64,000 nt of DNA, taken from positions 2,752,001-2,816,000 of the forward strand of contig OY821645.1 of NCBI GenBank assembly GCA_963682135.1, written 5' to 3'. Position 1 is the first letter of the stretch. Each line of letters begins with the position of its first letter. This document shows, piece by piece, positions 31,321-40,337 of the stretch. The position numbers were made by a program, and so were the translations under genes. This DNA comes from Methanothrix sp. GTDB taxonomy: Archaea; Halobacteriota; Methanosarcinia; Methanotrichales; Methanotrichaceae. The notes beneath the pieces are model-generated. The model did not search any database. It was not told the origin of the DNA and saw nothing but the letters and a program-made list of their open reading frames with translations.

Positions 31321-31735
31321 GGGACTCCTCCATAATCGTCTTCCTCGTGAGCATCACGGCGAAGAGTATCAGAACTCCGACGGCTCCGATGTACACCAGA
31401 ATCTGAGCTACACCCACAAAGGGAGCATTCAGGGTTATGTACAAAGCGGCCACTCCGGCAAAGCTTCCCAGCAGGTAAAGAGCGCTGTGGACTATGTTCT
31501 TGGCATAGACTACAAGAGCCGATAATAAGACGATGATTGCAGCTAAGCCCAGGAAGGCCAGGAGCTCAATGGCAAATCGTATATCTAAGGCCAGTAGCTT
31601 ATCCAGGACCGTTTGCGACCAGGGCGATAGAATTACAATCAACGCCAGGCCACCGAAGATCACACCCAGAGCTATGAGCAAAACCAATAGCTCGAAGATT
31701 GTCCTAATGACATTTGCGCCCGACTTTTCTGACAT
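31307..31735 (-). CDS. fpoJ1: Fpo subunit J, N-terminal part (J1), with extra N-terminal helix
   Basis: KNIVHSALYL, QILVYIGAVGVLILFAVML. Confidence 0.88.
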   Translation of the reverse strand: MSEKSGANVIRTIFELLVLLIALGVIFGGLALIVILSPWSQTVLDKLLALDIRFAIELLAFLGLAAIIVLLSALVVYAKNIVHSALYLLGSFAGVAALYITLNAPFVGVAQILVYIGAVGVLILFAVMLTRKTIMEESHGEI

Positions 31736-32331
31736 CAGGCAGCACCTCCTTCCTTAGGCTTGGCCTCTGCTCCATCTGTTTTTTTCTTGGCTGGAGCAGC
31801 CCCTTCCTTGGCCGGCTTTTTGGCTGCACCCTCTTTTGCGGCTCCTTCTTTGGCAGTCGCCTTCTTGGCAGCAGCTTTCTCGGCAGCTATCCTCTTGGCC
31901 TCAGCCTCAAGGTCGGCCACCTCTTTGGGAGAGAATCTCTTGGTCGATAGGAAATCTGGACTCTTCACGATATCTTTTCGCGTCCAGCCTGCCATGATGA
32001 CCTTCTTTCCCATCTTCAGGCACTCCACCGGGCACTCGTCCACGCACAGACCGCAGAACATGCATCTTCCAAAATCGATCTGGGGAAACTGCATCTTCTT
32101 GTTTTTGAGAGGATTTCCGAACTTGAAATTGACCATCTCAATGCAGCTGTTGGGACAAATCCTGGCACAGGTTCCACAGCCTATGCATGTTGTGGCATCC
32201 AGCTCGTGAATACCTCTTTCCGCGGCAGGAAGCTCCATCATCACTTCAGGATAGAGCCTGGTGACCTCTATTTCCCGCGTGGCGATCTTCAAAGGCCAGG
32301 TGAAGTTCTTTATCATCTTTCTCTTCAACAT
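31735..32331 (-). CDS. fpoI: Fpo subunit I (2x[4Fe-4S]) with Lys/Ala-rich C-terminal extension
   Basis: CIGCGTCARICP and CMFCGLCVDECP; AEKAAAKKATAKEG tail. Confidence 0.93.
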   Translation of the reverse strand: MLKRKMIKNFTWPLKIATREIEVTRLYPEVMMELPAAERGIHELDATTCIGCGTCARICPNSCIEMVNFKFGNPLKNKKMQFPQIDFGRCMFCGLCVDECPVECLKMGKKVIMAGWTRKDIVKSPDFLSTKRFSPKEVADLEAEAKRIAAEKAAAKKATAKEGAAKEGAAKKPAKEGAAPAKKKTDGAEAKPKEGGAA

Positions 32332-32343
32332 CTCAACGCCACC

Positions 32344-33396
32344 TCATGCAAAGTAGGACCCAATTATGACTGCCCATCCCAAATTTACCAGGGAGAGAGG
32401 CAGCATCCACTTCCAACCCAGGTCGGTTACCTGATCGATTCTCAATCTGAAGAGTGCGGCCCGGATCAATATGATGAACCAAATAACGATTATCACCTTC
32501 ATGAGCAACCAGATCATGGGCGAGATTATATCCAGAATTGGTATGGGTATGATCGGGCCATGCCAGCCACCCAGGAATAGCAGCGACAACAGAATGGATC
32601 CCAGAAGGAAGTTATTGTACTCCTGGAAATAAAGCAAGCCCCATCTGATTCCACTGTATTCGGTACTGTAACCGCATATGATTTCTTCTTCTGCCTCGCT
32701 CTGATCGAATGGAACCCTTCCTAAGTCTGTGACCAGGGCAATTACAAAGATGATAAATCCGAGTGGTTGGGCAAAGGCATACCAGACCGTCTGACTCTCC
32801 ACAATCTCCACCAGATTGAGGCTATGGGCCATAACGGCTACAGATATGACGCAGACACCCATGGGGACCTCGTAGGCAATCATTCTTGCGACGCCTCGGA
32901 AGCCTCCCAGAATGGAGTACTTATTGTTGGAGCTGTATCCGGCCATGAAGACCGCGATGGACATGATGCTAAGAGCTGCTTCCACATAAAATGCGCTGAT
33001 ATCCATGTTGGCCACAACGAGCGGATAATCCTTACCGCCTATATGCAGTGCTCCAAATGGTATCGCCGCAGCCACCAGCATGGTACCGGCGGAGGCGATG
33101 ATAGGGGCCCATACATAGACGCCCTTATCAACGTCTTTGGGAATGACATCTTCTTTGGTGAATAGCTTAATGGCATCGGCACCAAGCTGAAGTATACCCC
33201 ATCTTCCGCCCACGCGATTGGGACCAAATCGGTTGCAGAAATCGCTCATAACTTTTCTGTCTGCCCAGATCACCAGCATGGCACCGACGTTGACCACAGC
33301 AGAGAGCACCAATGCACCTATTATGCCTATGATCAGGGCGAATATCGCAGGCTCCTGGGCGACAAATTGAGTTATGATCTCTATTATTTCGTCCAA
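32344..33396 (-). CDS. fpoH: Fpo subunit H
   Basis: GPNRVG, DAIKLFTKE, RVPFDQSEAEEE, RLRIDQ..LGWK. Confidence 0.95.
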   Translation of the reverse strand: MDEIIEIITQFVAQEPAIFALIIGIIGALVLSAVVNVGAMLVIWADRKVMSDFCNRFGPNRVGGRWGILQLGADAIKLFTKEDVIPKDVDKGVYVWAPIIASAGTMLVAAAIPFGALHIGGKDYPLVVANMDISAFYVEAALSIMSIAVFMAGYSSNNKYSILGGFRGVARMIAYEVPMGVCVISVAVMAHSLNLVEIVESQTVWYAFAQPLGFIIFVIALVTDLGRVPFDQSEAEEEIICGYSTEYSGIRWGLLYFQEYNNFLLGSILLSLLFLGGWHGPIIPIPILDIISPMIWLLMKVIIVIWFIILIRAALFRLRIDQVTDLGWKWMLPLSLVNLGWAVIIGSYFA

Positions 33397-33408
33397 ATTC
33401 TCTCCCTC

Positions 33409-35121
33409 CTACCTATCCGACTCCGATGGGCAACCGTCCATGCTTCCGGCTATTGCCACCGCATCTGCAATATAGACTCCTTCCAGAAGTGGAGTCAAGG
33501 TCTGGAATGTAGCGTAGAATGGCCCTCTTACCTTAACGCGGTACGGCTTATCGCCACCGTCGCTAATCACATACATTCCCATCTCGCCTCTTGGATCCTC
33601 AACCCGATAGTAAGCCTCCCCAGCCGGAATCTTCTTTGGTATCTTGGTTTCCGTCCTAATAGGCCCGGAGGGAATCCTGTCCAGACATTGCTCGATGATG
33701 TGAATGCTCTCTAAAATCTCTCTTAGCCTGACATCAATTCTGTCCGCGGAGTCTCCTCTGGTTCCGGTTATGACTTTAAAGTCCAGTTCCGGATAGACCA
33801 GTATTGGATCCTCTTTTCGCATATCATAGGCTACACCTGTAGCTCTCAGAACCGGCCCAGAGCATCCCAGACGTTTACCTGTCTCGGGAGAGATGCTGCC
33901 GATATTCTCCATTCTGGCATGATAAATCGGATCCTGTGCAAAGAGCTCAAGGAACTCTTCCGTCCTGGACTTCATATATGGCAGGACCTTTTTGCATTGC
34001 TCTATGAAGCCTTCCGGCAAATCGTTTCGCACGCCTCCAAAGCGCACGAAGGTGTGAGTCAGCCTGGCGCCGGTAACGCTCTCAATCAACGAGATGACCT
34101 TCTCCCGGTCCATGATCATGTACTGCCAGGGAGCAAAGCCCACGCCAGCGATCAAAGTCAGAAACTCGCCTGTTCCGATCAAATGGCTTTGAATTCTGGA
34201 GAGCTCTTCCAGGATGACGCGGATATATTGCGCCCTCAAGGGAACTTCCAGTCCCAGGATCTTCTCCACGGCTCCACAGTAACATTCATTATTGGAGAGG
34301 CTGGCCACATAGCACATCCTGTCTGTATAGGTTATGCCCTGCAGCCAGGTCCTGTTCTCCATGATTTTCTCGATGCCCTTATGAATATATCCGATATCCA
34401 GGAAGGCCTTTTTTACCCTCTCACCCTCGACCAGGATATCAAGCAAGAAGGGACCGGGGACCATAGCATGTTGTGGCCCAAGATGCATAATCATCTCTGA
34501 GTCGGACTTAATCTCCCGTTCCTCGCGCTCCCGGAAGGTGGGATATTTGGGATGTTCTTTCACCACTGTTCCGGCTTCAATCTCGCCGGGCGTTGGTGGA
34601 AAATGATATTCCGTATAGCCTTCAGCAGTGGTGATTGCTACAGCCCTCTCTCCGGTGGTCAGGTCCGGATAGCCCTTATAATCCTTCCTCCAGGGCCAGG
34701 CTCCCACCAGCGGATCGGATAGAAGCAGAGGATACTGCTCAGGGTGACCCTCGAAGTTGATCCCTAGCATCTCCCAGATCTCACGCTCATACCAGTTGGC
34801 ATTCCAGTACAGCCCGGTCATGGATTTGATGGATGGGTTGTCTCGAGATGTCTTCACCTTGAGCATGGCCACAACCTGATGAGCTCCGTGGCTGGCCATG
34901 ATTTCTACGACTTCCATCTCCTTTTTGGCAATCCAGTCGATTCCTGCTGCACCTGAATAATGATCGAAATTGAGTTTGGTGGTCAGGTGTTTGCAGACAT
35001 CCAAGATCTTCTTGGAATCAATTGTGGCCCAAAGTCTCCGGTCCGATTCCACCCTGGAGTCCAAAACGGCTCCTGGAAATGCAGACTGCATGGAGCTTAG
35101 GACCTCGCTTGCTGTTGTCAA
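33409..35121 (-). CDS. fpoCD: Fused Fpo subunit C/D
   Basis: N-terminal ANWYEREIWEMLGINFEGHP (NuoC); GPQHA, GYIHKGIEK, DRMCY, EDPRGE (NuoD). Confidence 0.93.
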   Translation of the reverse strand: MTTASEVLSSMQSAFPGAVLDSRVESDRRLWATIDSKKILDVCKHLTTKLNFDHYSGAAGIDWIAKKEMEVVEIMASHGAHQVVAMLKVKTSRDNPSIKSMTGLYWNANWYEREIWEMLGINFEGHPEQYPLLLSDPLVGAWPWRKDYKGYPDLTTGERAVAITTAEGYTEYHFPPTPGEIEAGTVVKEHPKYPTFREREEREIKSDSEMIMHLGPQHAMVPGPFLLDILVEGERVKKAFLDIGYIHKGIEKIMENRTWLQGITYTDRMCYVASLSNNECYCGAVEKILGLEVPLRAQYIRVILEELSRIQSHLIGTGEFLTLIAGVGFAPWQYMIMDREKVISLIESVTGARLTHTFVRFGGVRNDLPEGFIEQCKKVLPYMKSRTEEFLELFAQDPIYHARMENIGSISPETGKRLGCSGPVLRATGVAYDMRKEDPILVYPELDFKVITGTRGDSADRIDVRLREILESIHIIEQCLDRIPSGPIRTETKIPKKIPAGEAYYRVEDPRGEMGMYVISDGGDKPYRVKVRGPFYATFQTLTPLLEGVYIADAVAIAGSMDGCPSESDR

Positions 35122-35136
35122 GAAAAGATCCCTCCT

Positions 35137-35709
35137 CTAATAGTCCCGCAGGTCCTTACGCTGCTTGATCTTTTCCTGGAGATTGATGAGGCCCTCTAGG
35201 AACTGCTCGGGCCGGGGTGGACAGCCTGGGATGAAGACATCAATGGGGAAGTGGTCGCCTGTGTTTTGGATGATATTATAGGAATCATAGAAAGGTCCAC
35301 CCGAAATGGCGCACTCGCCTATAGCGATGCACCACTTGGGCTCAGGCATCTGCTCCCAGAGATTCTTGAATACCGGCAGGTACTTTCTGGTTAAGTAGCC
35401 GGAGATGATCATTACATCCGTTTGACGGGGTGTGTTTCTCGGAATGCACCCAAATCTGTCGCTGTCATAGGGCGCAGCTCCGAAAACGAACATCTCCACA
35501 CCACAGCACCCCATGGGCTGCATTAAAAAGTATACCGAATTTTTTCTGCCCCAATTGAAGATATTCTTAATGGGTCCCATCTCGATTATTTGATGGATCT
35601 TCTCCGTAGTTGTGAACCAAACTTCAGCCACAGGTTGGCCGAATATGGTCCACTTCTCAATCTCCTCATCGATTGCTACGGGCACGGGTATGACATCGCT
35701 TATACCCAA
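35137..35709 (-). CDS. fpoB: Fpo subunit B
   Basis: GCCGVEM, PRQTD, IGECAISGG, PGCPPRPE. Confidence 0.95.
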   Translation of the reverse strand: MGISDVIPVPVAIDEEIEKWTIFGQPVAEVWFTTTEKIHQIIEMGPIKNIFNWGRKNSVYFLMQPMGCCGVEMFVFGAAPYDSDRFGCIPRNTPRQTDVMIISGYLTRKYLPVFKNLWEQMPEPKWCIAIGECAISGGPFYDSYNIIQNTGDHFPIDVFIPGCPPRPEQFLEGLINLQEKIKQRKDLRDY

Positions 35710-36104
35710 CGCAAAGCCTCCTTCTTGATAGCATAGATAAGTCCTACCAGCAGTACAACGATGAATAGGAGCATCTCGAAGACGGCGTAGTTCATGAATC
35801 CAAAGACCATGAACTGCTGCATTGCTTTACTCGCGTACACATAGATCCAGGGATATAAGAATAAAACCTCAACATCGAATATAACGAAAACGATTGCGAA
35901 AAGGTAATATTGAACGCTATACTGGATCTTGGCGTCGCGGATAGGCTTCAGCCCACCTTCGTATATCGATAGCTTTTGGCGCTTTGGCCTGTTAGGTGCT
36001 ATTATCTTAATAGCTGCCAAAGCCGCAATGGGCACTATAGCTCCCATTATCAAAAATATAATAAGTGGTATATAATTAACCACTGCCATCGGTTCGCCGG
36101 CCAT
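35700..36104 (-). CDS. fpoA: Fpo subunit A
   Basis: YEGG, YYLFAIVFVIFDVEVLFLYPW, ALRW. Confidence 0.95.
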   Translation of the reverse strand: MAGEPMAVVNYIPLIIFLIMGAIVPIAALAAIKIIAPNRPKRQKLSIYEGGLKPIRDAKIQYSVQYYLFAIVFVIFDVEVLFLYPWIYVYASKAMQQFMVFGFMNYAVFEMLLFIVVLLVGLIYAIKKEALRWV

Positions 36105-36236
36105 TGTTTACCCTCCGTAAAAGCTAAACATAAGGCCTGGTATAAAAGGTTTATGAGAAAAAATTTCGCGTTGCATAAGTTCAATCACAATTTTCATGGA
36201 CTATCTGAAGAATATTATCATTATTAAGGTGATTAA

Positions 36237-37181
36237 ATGGATGTAGTTCACCAACTGAATATAGAGCCGGGGATGAGCGTAAATGTCCTGGTAGAGAGAA
36301 TGAGCCATTGCGGCTTTGGCGCTAGAAGATTGGCGCAGGCTACGGCTATTTATGAAAAGATGCTTTCTGGAGATTTCACAAAATTCCTTGCCATCTCCGG
36401 CGCGATGGTTCCGGCGGGCATGAGGGATCTCATCTCCGATCTGATCAGAAGAGGGCATGTGGATGTGCTGGTAATCACGGGGGCCAATCTCGTCCACGAT
36501 ATAATCGAGTCCTTTGGCTGTCACTGTATGGGGACCGCCGAGTCTGATGATGCGGCTTTGCGAGCGGAAGGGAAAAGCCGCATTTATGATGTCTTCCTGA
36601 GGGACGAGGACTTTGTCGGATTTGAAGATCTCATGCAAAGAATCATGCCCGAGAGGGAAAAGACGCTCTCCGGAAGAGAGCTGATGAGCATTTTGGGAAG
36701 TCAAATCAATGATGGAAGATCCATACTGCGCTCGGCCTACGATATGTCGGTGCCCGTCTTCTGCCCCGCGCTTCCCGATTCTATGATCGGCCTTCAGGCC
36801 TGGATGTTCAGCCAGACCCATCGGCTGAATGTAGATGCTTTTGCCGATATCAAGGAGATTGTGGACATCTGCTATGGATGCGAGAGATCTGGAATAGTAA
36901 TAGTTGGCGGAGGCGCTCCCAAGAACTTTGCTCTGCAGTCCATGCTGGTCACCCCCAATAGCTTCGACCTCGCGATCCAGCTTACCACAGATACGCCTGA
37001 GAACGGCGGCCTATCCGGTGCCACCCTCTCCGAGGCCGTCTCCTGGGGCAAGATCTCGGAGCACGCGAAATTCGTCACCGTTTATGGGGATGCAACCATC
37101 ACCCTGCCTATGATGGTGGCGGCGACGCTAGAGAGGCTGAAGCTATCTGAGAAAAAGATGCCTGCAAAGCCGACCGGGTGA
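36237..37181 (+). CDS. dys: Deoxyhypusine synthase
   Basis: SGAMVPAG, TGANLVHD, GGGAPKN, GGLSGATLSEAVSWGK (catalytic Lys), GDATI. Confidence 0.93.
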   Translation: MDVVHQLNIEPGMSVNVLVERMSHCGFGARRLAQATAIYEKMLSGDFTKFLAISGAMVPAGMRDLISDLIRRGHVDVLVITGANLVHDIIESFGCHCMGTAESDDAALRAEGKSRIYDVFLRDEDFVGFEDLMQRIMPEREKTLSGRELMSILGSQINDGRSILRSAYDMSVPVFCPALPDSMIGLQAWMFSQTHRLNVDAFADIKEIVDICYGCERSGIVIVGGGAPKNFALQSMLVTPNSFDLAIQLTTDTPENGGLSGATLSEAVSWGKISEHAKFVTVYGDATITLPMMVAATLERLKLSEKKMPAKPTG

Positions 37182-37888
37182 AAAAATTGCAGATAGGAAT
37201 TGATCTGTGGGAATTGGAGGAGATTGCCGACAACAGGATGAAGACCATCTTTATCAGCTGTGTCGGCTCGCACATGTGGGGCATGAATAGCCAGGAGAGC
37301 GATATCGACCTGGTGATGATCTATATCGCTCCCACCAGATCTCTTCTGCGAAGCGAGAAGATCATGCCCACGGTGCGCCAGCAGATAACTGCCCGGGGAG
37401 GAGAGGTTTATGATACCCTTGGTTGGGAAATAGGCCACCTCATAAATCAGCTCATCAAGGGAAACGTCAACGCCATATGGTACGCCACAAGCCCGCTCCT
37501 GGTCAAGCCTTCTATTCTCCAGGAGGAGCTATCAGCCCTGGTGCGGGCCAACCTTTGCCGCGAGACGTACCATTCCATCAAAGGGATGGCGGAAAGCCAG
37601 ATCAAATCTGAGGAGAAGCCTGCGGAAAATTCCAGGATTGCTGGCAAGGGTTACAGAACTGCTCTGAGGACCATTAATTTCGGAATAAAGCTACTCTCAG
37701 AGGGCAAAATATGTTTTACGCCAGTTCTGCATACTCTCGGTGCAGAGGAGGTCATGGAAAGGCTGCAACGATTGGATGACGCCTATACCTCCAGCCACCT
37801 GCCGGACCGACCGGACGAGGATGCGTTTCGTGAGTTCCTTCTCAGGCTGCGATTGGATGATCTGTCTCTCGCTGATCGGATAAATTAA
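37178..37888 (+). CDS. DNA polymerase beta-superfamily nucleotidyltransferase (RlaP/YcgL-like)
   Basis: GSHMWGMNSQESDID motif; KGN.N motif. Confidence 0.75.
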   Translation: MKKLQIGIDLWELEEIADNRMKTIFISCVGSHMWGMNSQESDIDLVMIYIAPTRSLLRSEKIMPTVRQQITARGGEVYDTLGWEIGHLINQLIKGNVNAIWYATSPLLVKPSILQEELSALVRANLCRETYHSIKGMAESQIKSEEKPAENSRIAGKGYRTALRTINFGIKLLSEGKICFTPVLHTLGAEEVMERLQRLDDAYTSSHLPDRPDEDAFREFLLRLRLDDLSLADRIN

Positions 37889-37924
37889 TAATCCATATAA
37901 CGAATAATTAGGCGAGGTATTTTA

Positions 37925-38500
37925 TTGGAGATCGTTGTGGGCATAAGCGGCGCATCCGGGGTACAGTACGCCATTCGGCTCTTGAGGGTATTGCGGGAGA
38001 AGGGCAACATGATTCATCTGGTAATAACCGATTCGGCGGCTAAAATCATTGAACTTGAAACCGATTTTCTGCAAAAGGATGTACGAGACCTTGCAGACCA
38101 TGTCTACGCTCCCCGCGACTTCGCCGCTCCCATAGCCAGTGGCTCACATCTCTTTGATGCCATGGTTGTCATCCCCTGCAGCATGGGAACGCTTTCCGCT
38201 ATTGCCTGCGGCTCCTCGGACACCCTCATCACCCGGGCAGCGGACGTCTGCCTCAAAGAGAAAAGGAGGCTGATAATAGTTCCAAGAGAGACTCCTTTGG
38301 GATTGGTGCAACTGCGCAACATGGTCGCAGCAGCCGAGGCGGGAGCGGTTGTTCTGCCGGCATGCCCTGCCTTCTACTCGAAGCCGCAAAGCCTGGATGA
38401 TCTGGTAGATGTGCTGGTGGGCCGGGTTCTCGATCTTCTCGGTGTGGAGAATGATCTCTACCGTCGATGGCAAGGAACGCTTGAAAGGAAATGCTTATAA
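37925..38500 (+). CDS. ubiX: Flavin prenyltransferase UbiX
   Basis: GISGASG, APIASGS, PCSMGTL, RAADVCLKE, PRETP, PAFY. Confidence 0.95.
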   Translation: MEIVVGISGASGVQYAIRLLRVLREKGNMIHLVITDSAAKIIELETDFLQKDVRDLADHVYAPRDFAAPIASGSHLFDAMVVIPCSMGTLSAIACGSSDTLITRAADVCLKEKRRLIIVPRETPLGLVQLRNMVAAAEAGAVVLPACPAFYSKPQSLDDLVDVLVGRVLDLLGVENDLYRRWQGTLERKCL

Positions 38501-38535
38501 CCGTTCGAATCAGAGCGACTGGCAAGGTGAATTAA

Positions 38536-38754
38536 ATGAAGTGCGCGCTGTGTCTTGTTGAGAAGGAGACGGTCCCTGTCAAGCTTAATTTGGCCACTCT
38601 TAAAGGCCCCAAGGATGAAATGTTCAATCTATGCAAGGAGTGCCTGGACCTGGCACATCAAGCTTATATCGATAAGGATTTCCTGGCTGTCAAGGCGGGA
38701 TCCGATGCCGCGCCCCACGGCGCGCACGGGGATGCGCACGGAGCGCATCACTGA
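38536..38754 (+). CDS. Small CxxC...CxxC protein resembling one half of FpoO, His-rich tail
   Basis: KCALC...VPVKL...NLCKECLDLAHQAYI...HGAHH; SD-like aaggtga upstream. Resembles the repeated unit of Methanosarcina FpoO as recalled. Confidence 0.6.
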   Translation: MKCALCLVEKETVPVKLNLATLKGPKDEMFNLCKECLDLAHQAYIDKDFLAVKAGSDAAPHGAHGDAHGAHH

Positions 38755-38791
38755 AATCCTGAATTCAATTTTCTCATAAATCAATTCCCTC

Positions 38792-39118
38792 ATGAAAAAG
38801 ATCCTAAGTGAAGAGAAGGTTAGAGGCATCTTTTCCTCCTGCCAAAAAGAATGCGATGTACTCATTGCTCTCTTAAGAATGGTCATCCCCAACTGGGATG
38901 ATATAGAATATATTCTGGAGGGCAGGCCGCGCATGGGGGCAGAGGGATGGCATACCGTCTATGATCTCTTCTGTCGGTTCAATGAAGAGCACTCGGGAGA
39001 GAGCATCTTTCCGGGTGGGCTATGGCTTTCCATGGGCTTTATAAAAGACGAGAGTCTGGAGGCATGGCAAGTGGACAGCTCGGATATGAAATTCGCTTTT
39101 AAGAACGGTCGCGCTTGA
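38792..39118 (+). CDS. Hypothetical protein
   Basis: 108-aa ORF in a co-oriented run, plausible composition. Confidence 0.6.
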   Translation: MKKILSEEKVRGIFSSCQKECDVLIALLRMVIPNWDDIEYILEGRPRMGAEGWHTVYDLFCRFNEEHSGESIFPGGLWLSMGFIKDESLEAWQVDSSDMKFAFKNGRA

Positions 39119-39127
39119 AATCCGAAT

Positions 39128-39922
39128 ATGGATAGAGAATACCTCTTTTTCTGCCGCGAATGGTTTGAGGAATATACCAGTCGGGTTCATTGTCAGGATG
39201 CAGAGATTGAAGCGAACATAATGCTTAAACTTGCGCATACCTATCGCGTCTGTGAGAACATCACAGTAATTGCCGGCTCCCTGGGCTTAAATGGAGAAGA
39301 TCTTGCCATGGCGCAGGCAATAGCCCTCTTGCACGATGTGGGTCGATTCGAGCAGCTGCGTGGTTTTGGCTCCTTCGATGACCGCATGACTCTTGATCAT
39401 GCTATGCTCGGCCTCAAGGTTATCAATCGCACGGGAGTTCTTTCCAGCTTGCCGAAAAGAGAGCGGAATCTGATCCGAAAGAGCATCTGGCATCACAACA
39501 AGTACATGATACCTGTTGCTGAAAAGGCCGAGGTTGCTTTTTTCTCTAAATTGATCAGGGATGCCGACAAGCTGGACATACTGGGAGTTGTCACTGAGCA
39601 TTTTGAGACTAGGGATCAGCATCCTAACCGGGCACTCGATTTCGGCCTGGCCGATGATTTGCGATTAACACAAGACGCAGTCTCCGACATAATGCAAGGA
39701 AAGATGGTGAGGATTAATGTGCTGAAAACTTTGGGCGACCTGCGTTTGCTGTATTCGAGCTGGGTCTTTGACATCAACTTTCCCATCACCCTTGCACGCT
39801 TAAAAGAGAAAGGCTACCTGAAGGGGCTCCTGGCTGATCTTTCTATGCAGCCGGAAATTAACCGGATAAGGGACTTCTTGCAGGCCTATCTGGAAAAGTA
39901 TAGTAATATGAACCAATCATAG
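39128..39922 (+). CDS. HD-domain phosphohydrolase
   Basis: HTYRV, LLHDVGRF, DHA, HHN, RDADKLD. Confidence 0.88.
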   Translation: MDREYLFFCREWFEEYTSRVHCQDAEIEANIMLKLAHTYRVCENITVIAGSLGLNGEDLAMAQAIALLHDVGRFEQLRGFGSFDDRMTLDHAMLGLKVINRTGVLSSLPKRERNLIRKSIWHHNKYMIPVAEKAEVAFFSKLIRDADKLDILGVVTEHFETRDQHPNRALDFGLADDLRLTQDAVSDIMQGKMVRINVLKTLGDLRLLYSSWVFDINFPITLARLKEKGYLKGLLADLSMQPEINRIRDFLQAYLEKYSNMNQS

Positions 39923-40025
39923 GAGACAATCGCCTCCTGAACTGGAGTATCTCCTGCTGGAGAATTGGCGAAAAAATTTGCGAATGCAAATCGGATGCGA
40001 ATAAGAGCTAAGGGAGAAGTGTGGT

Positions 40026-40337
40026 ATGAGAAACTTGATAATTTCATCTTTGATCATTCTTGGGCTGGCATGCAGCTCTCAGTCACTGGAAGCTATTATG
40101 ATCAGCCAGGAAAACGGCATGACAATCCTGGCCAACTTCACAAACAATTCAGCTAATCAATCGGATATGAACGCCACCATCAATGAGACTGACAACAACC
40201 AGACGCCGACAAACAGCATAGCAAATGAAGCTGCTGCGAGCCTGTGGAGCTGGGGAAAAATTCCCAATGGCTATGAATTGAATAAGAACGGCACTTTAAC
40301 CAAATTGGCCGATGAACAATGGAAGCCAAGCATCTGA
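40026..40337 (+). CDS. Small secreted Asn-rich protein (LWSWGxxP motif)
   Basis: Signal peptide, many N-x-S/T sequons. Confidence 0.65.
   Translation: MRNLIISSLIILGLACSSQSLEAIMISQENGMTILANFTNNSANQSDMNATINETDNNQTPTNSIANEAAASLWSWGKIPNGYELNKNGTLTKLADEQWKPSI

Noticed and set aside
33409-35709. Membrane [NiFe]-hydrogenase (Ech-like)
   Set aside because: The D subunit lacks both CxxC Ni-binding motifs (DRMCY; DGCPSESDR), and the full A-N set indicates Fpo.
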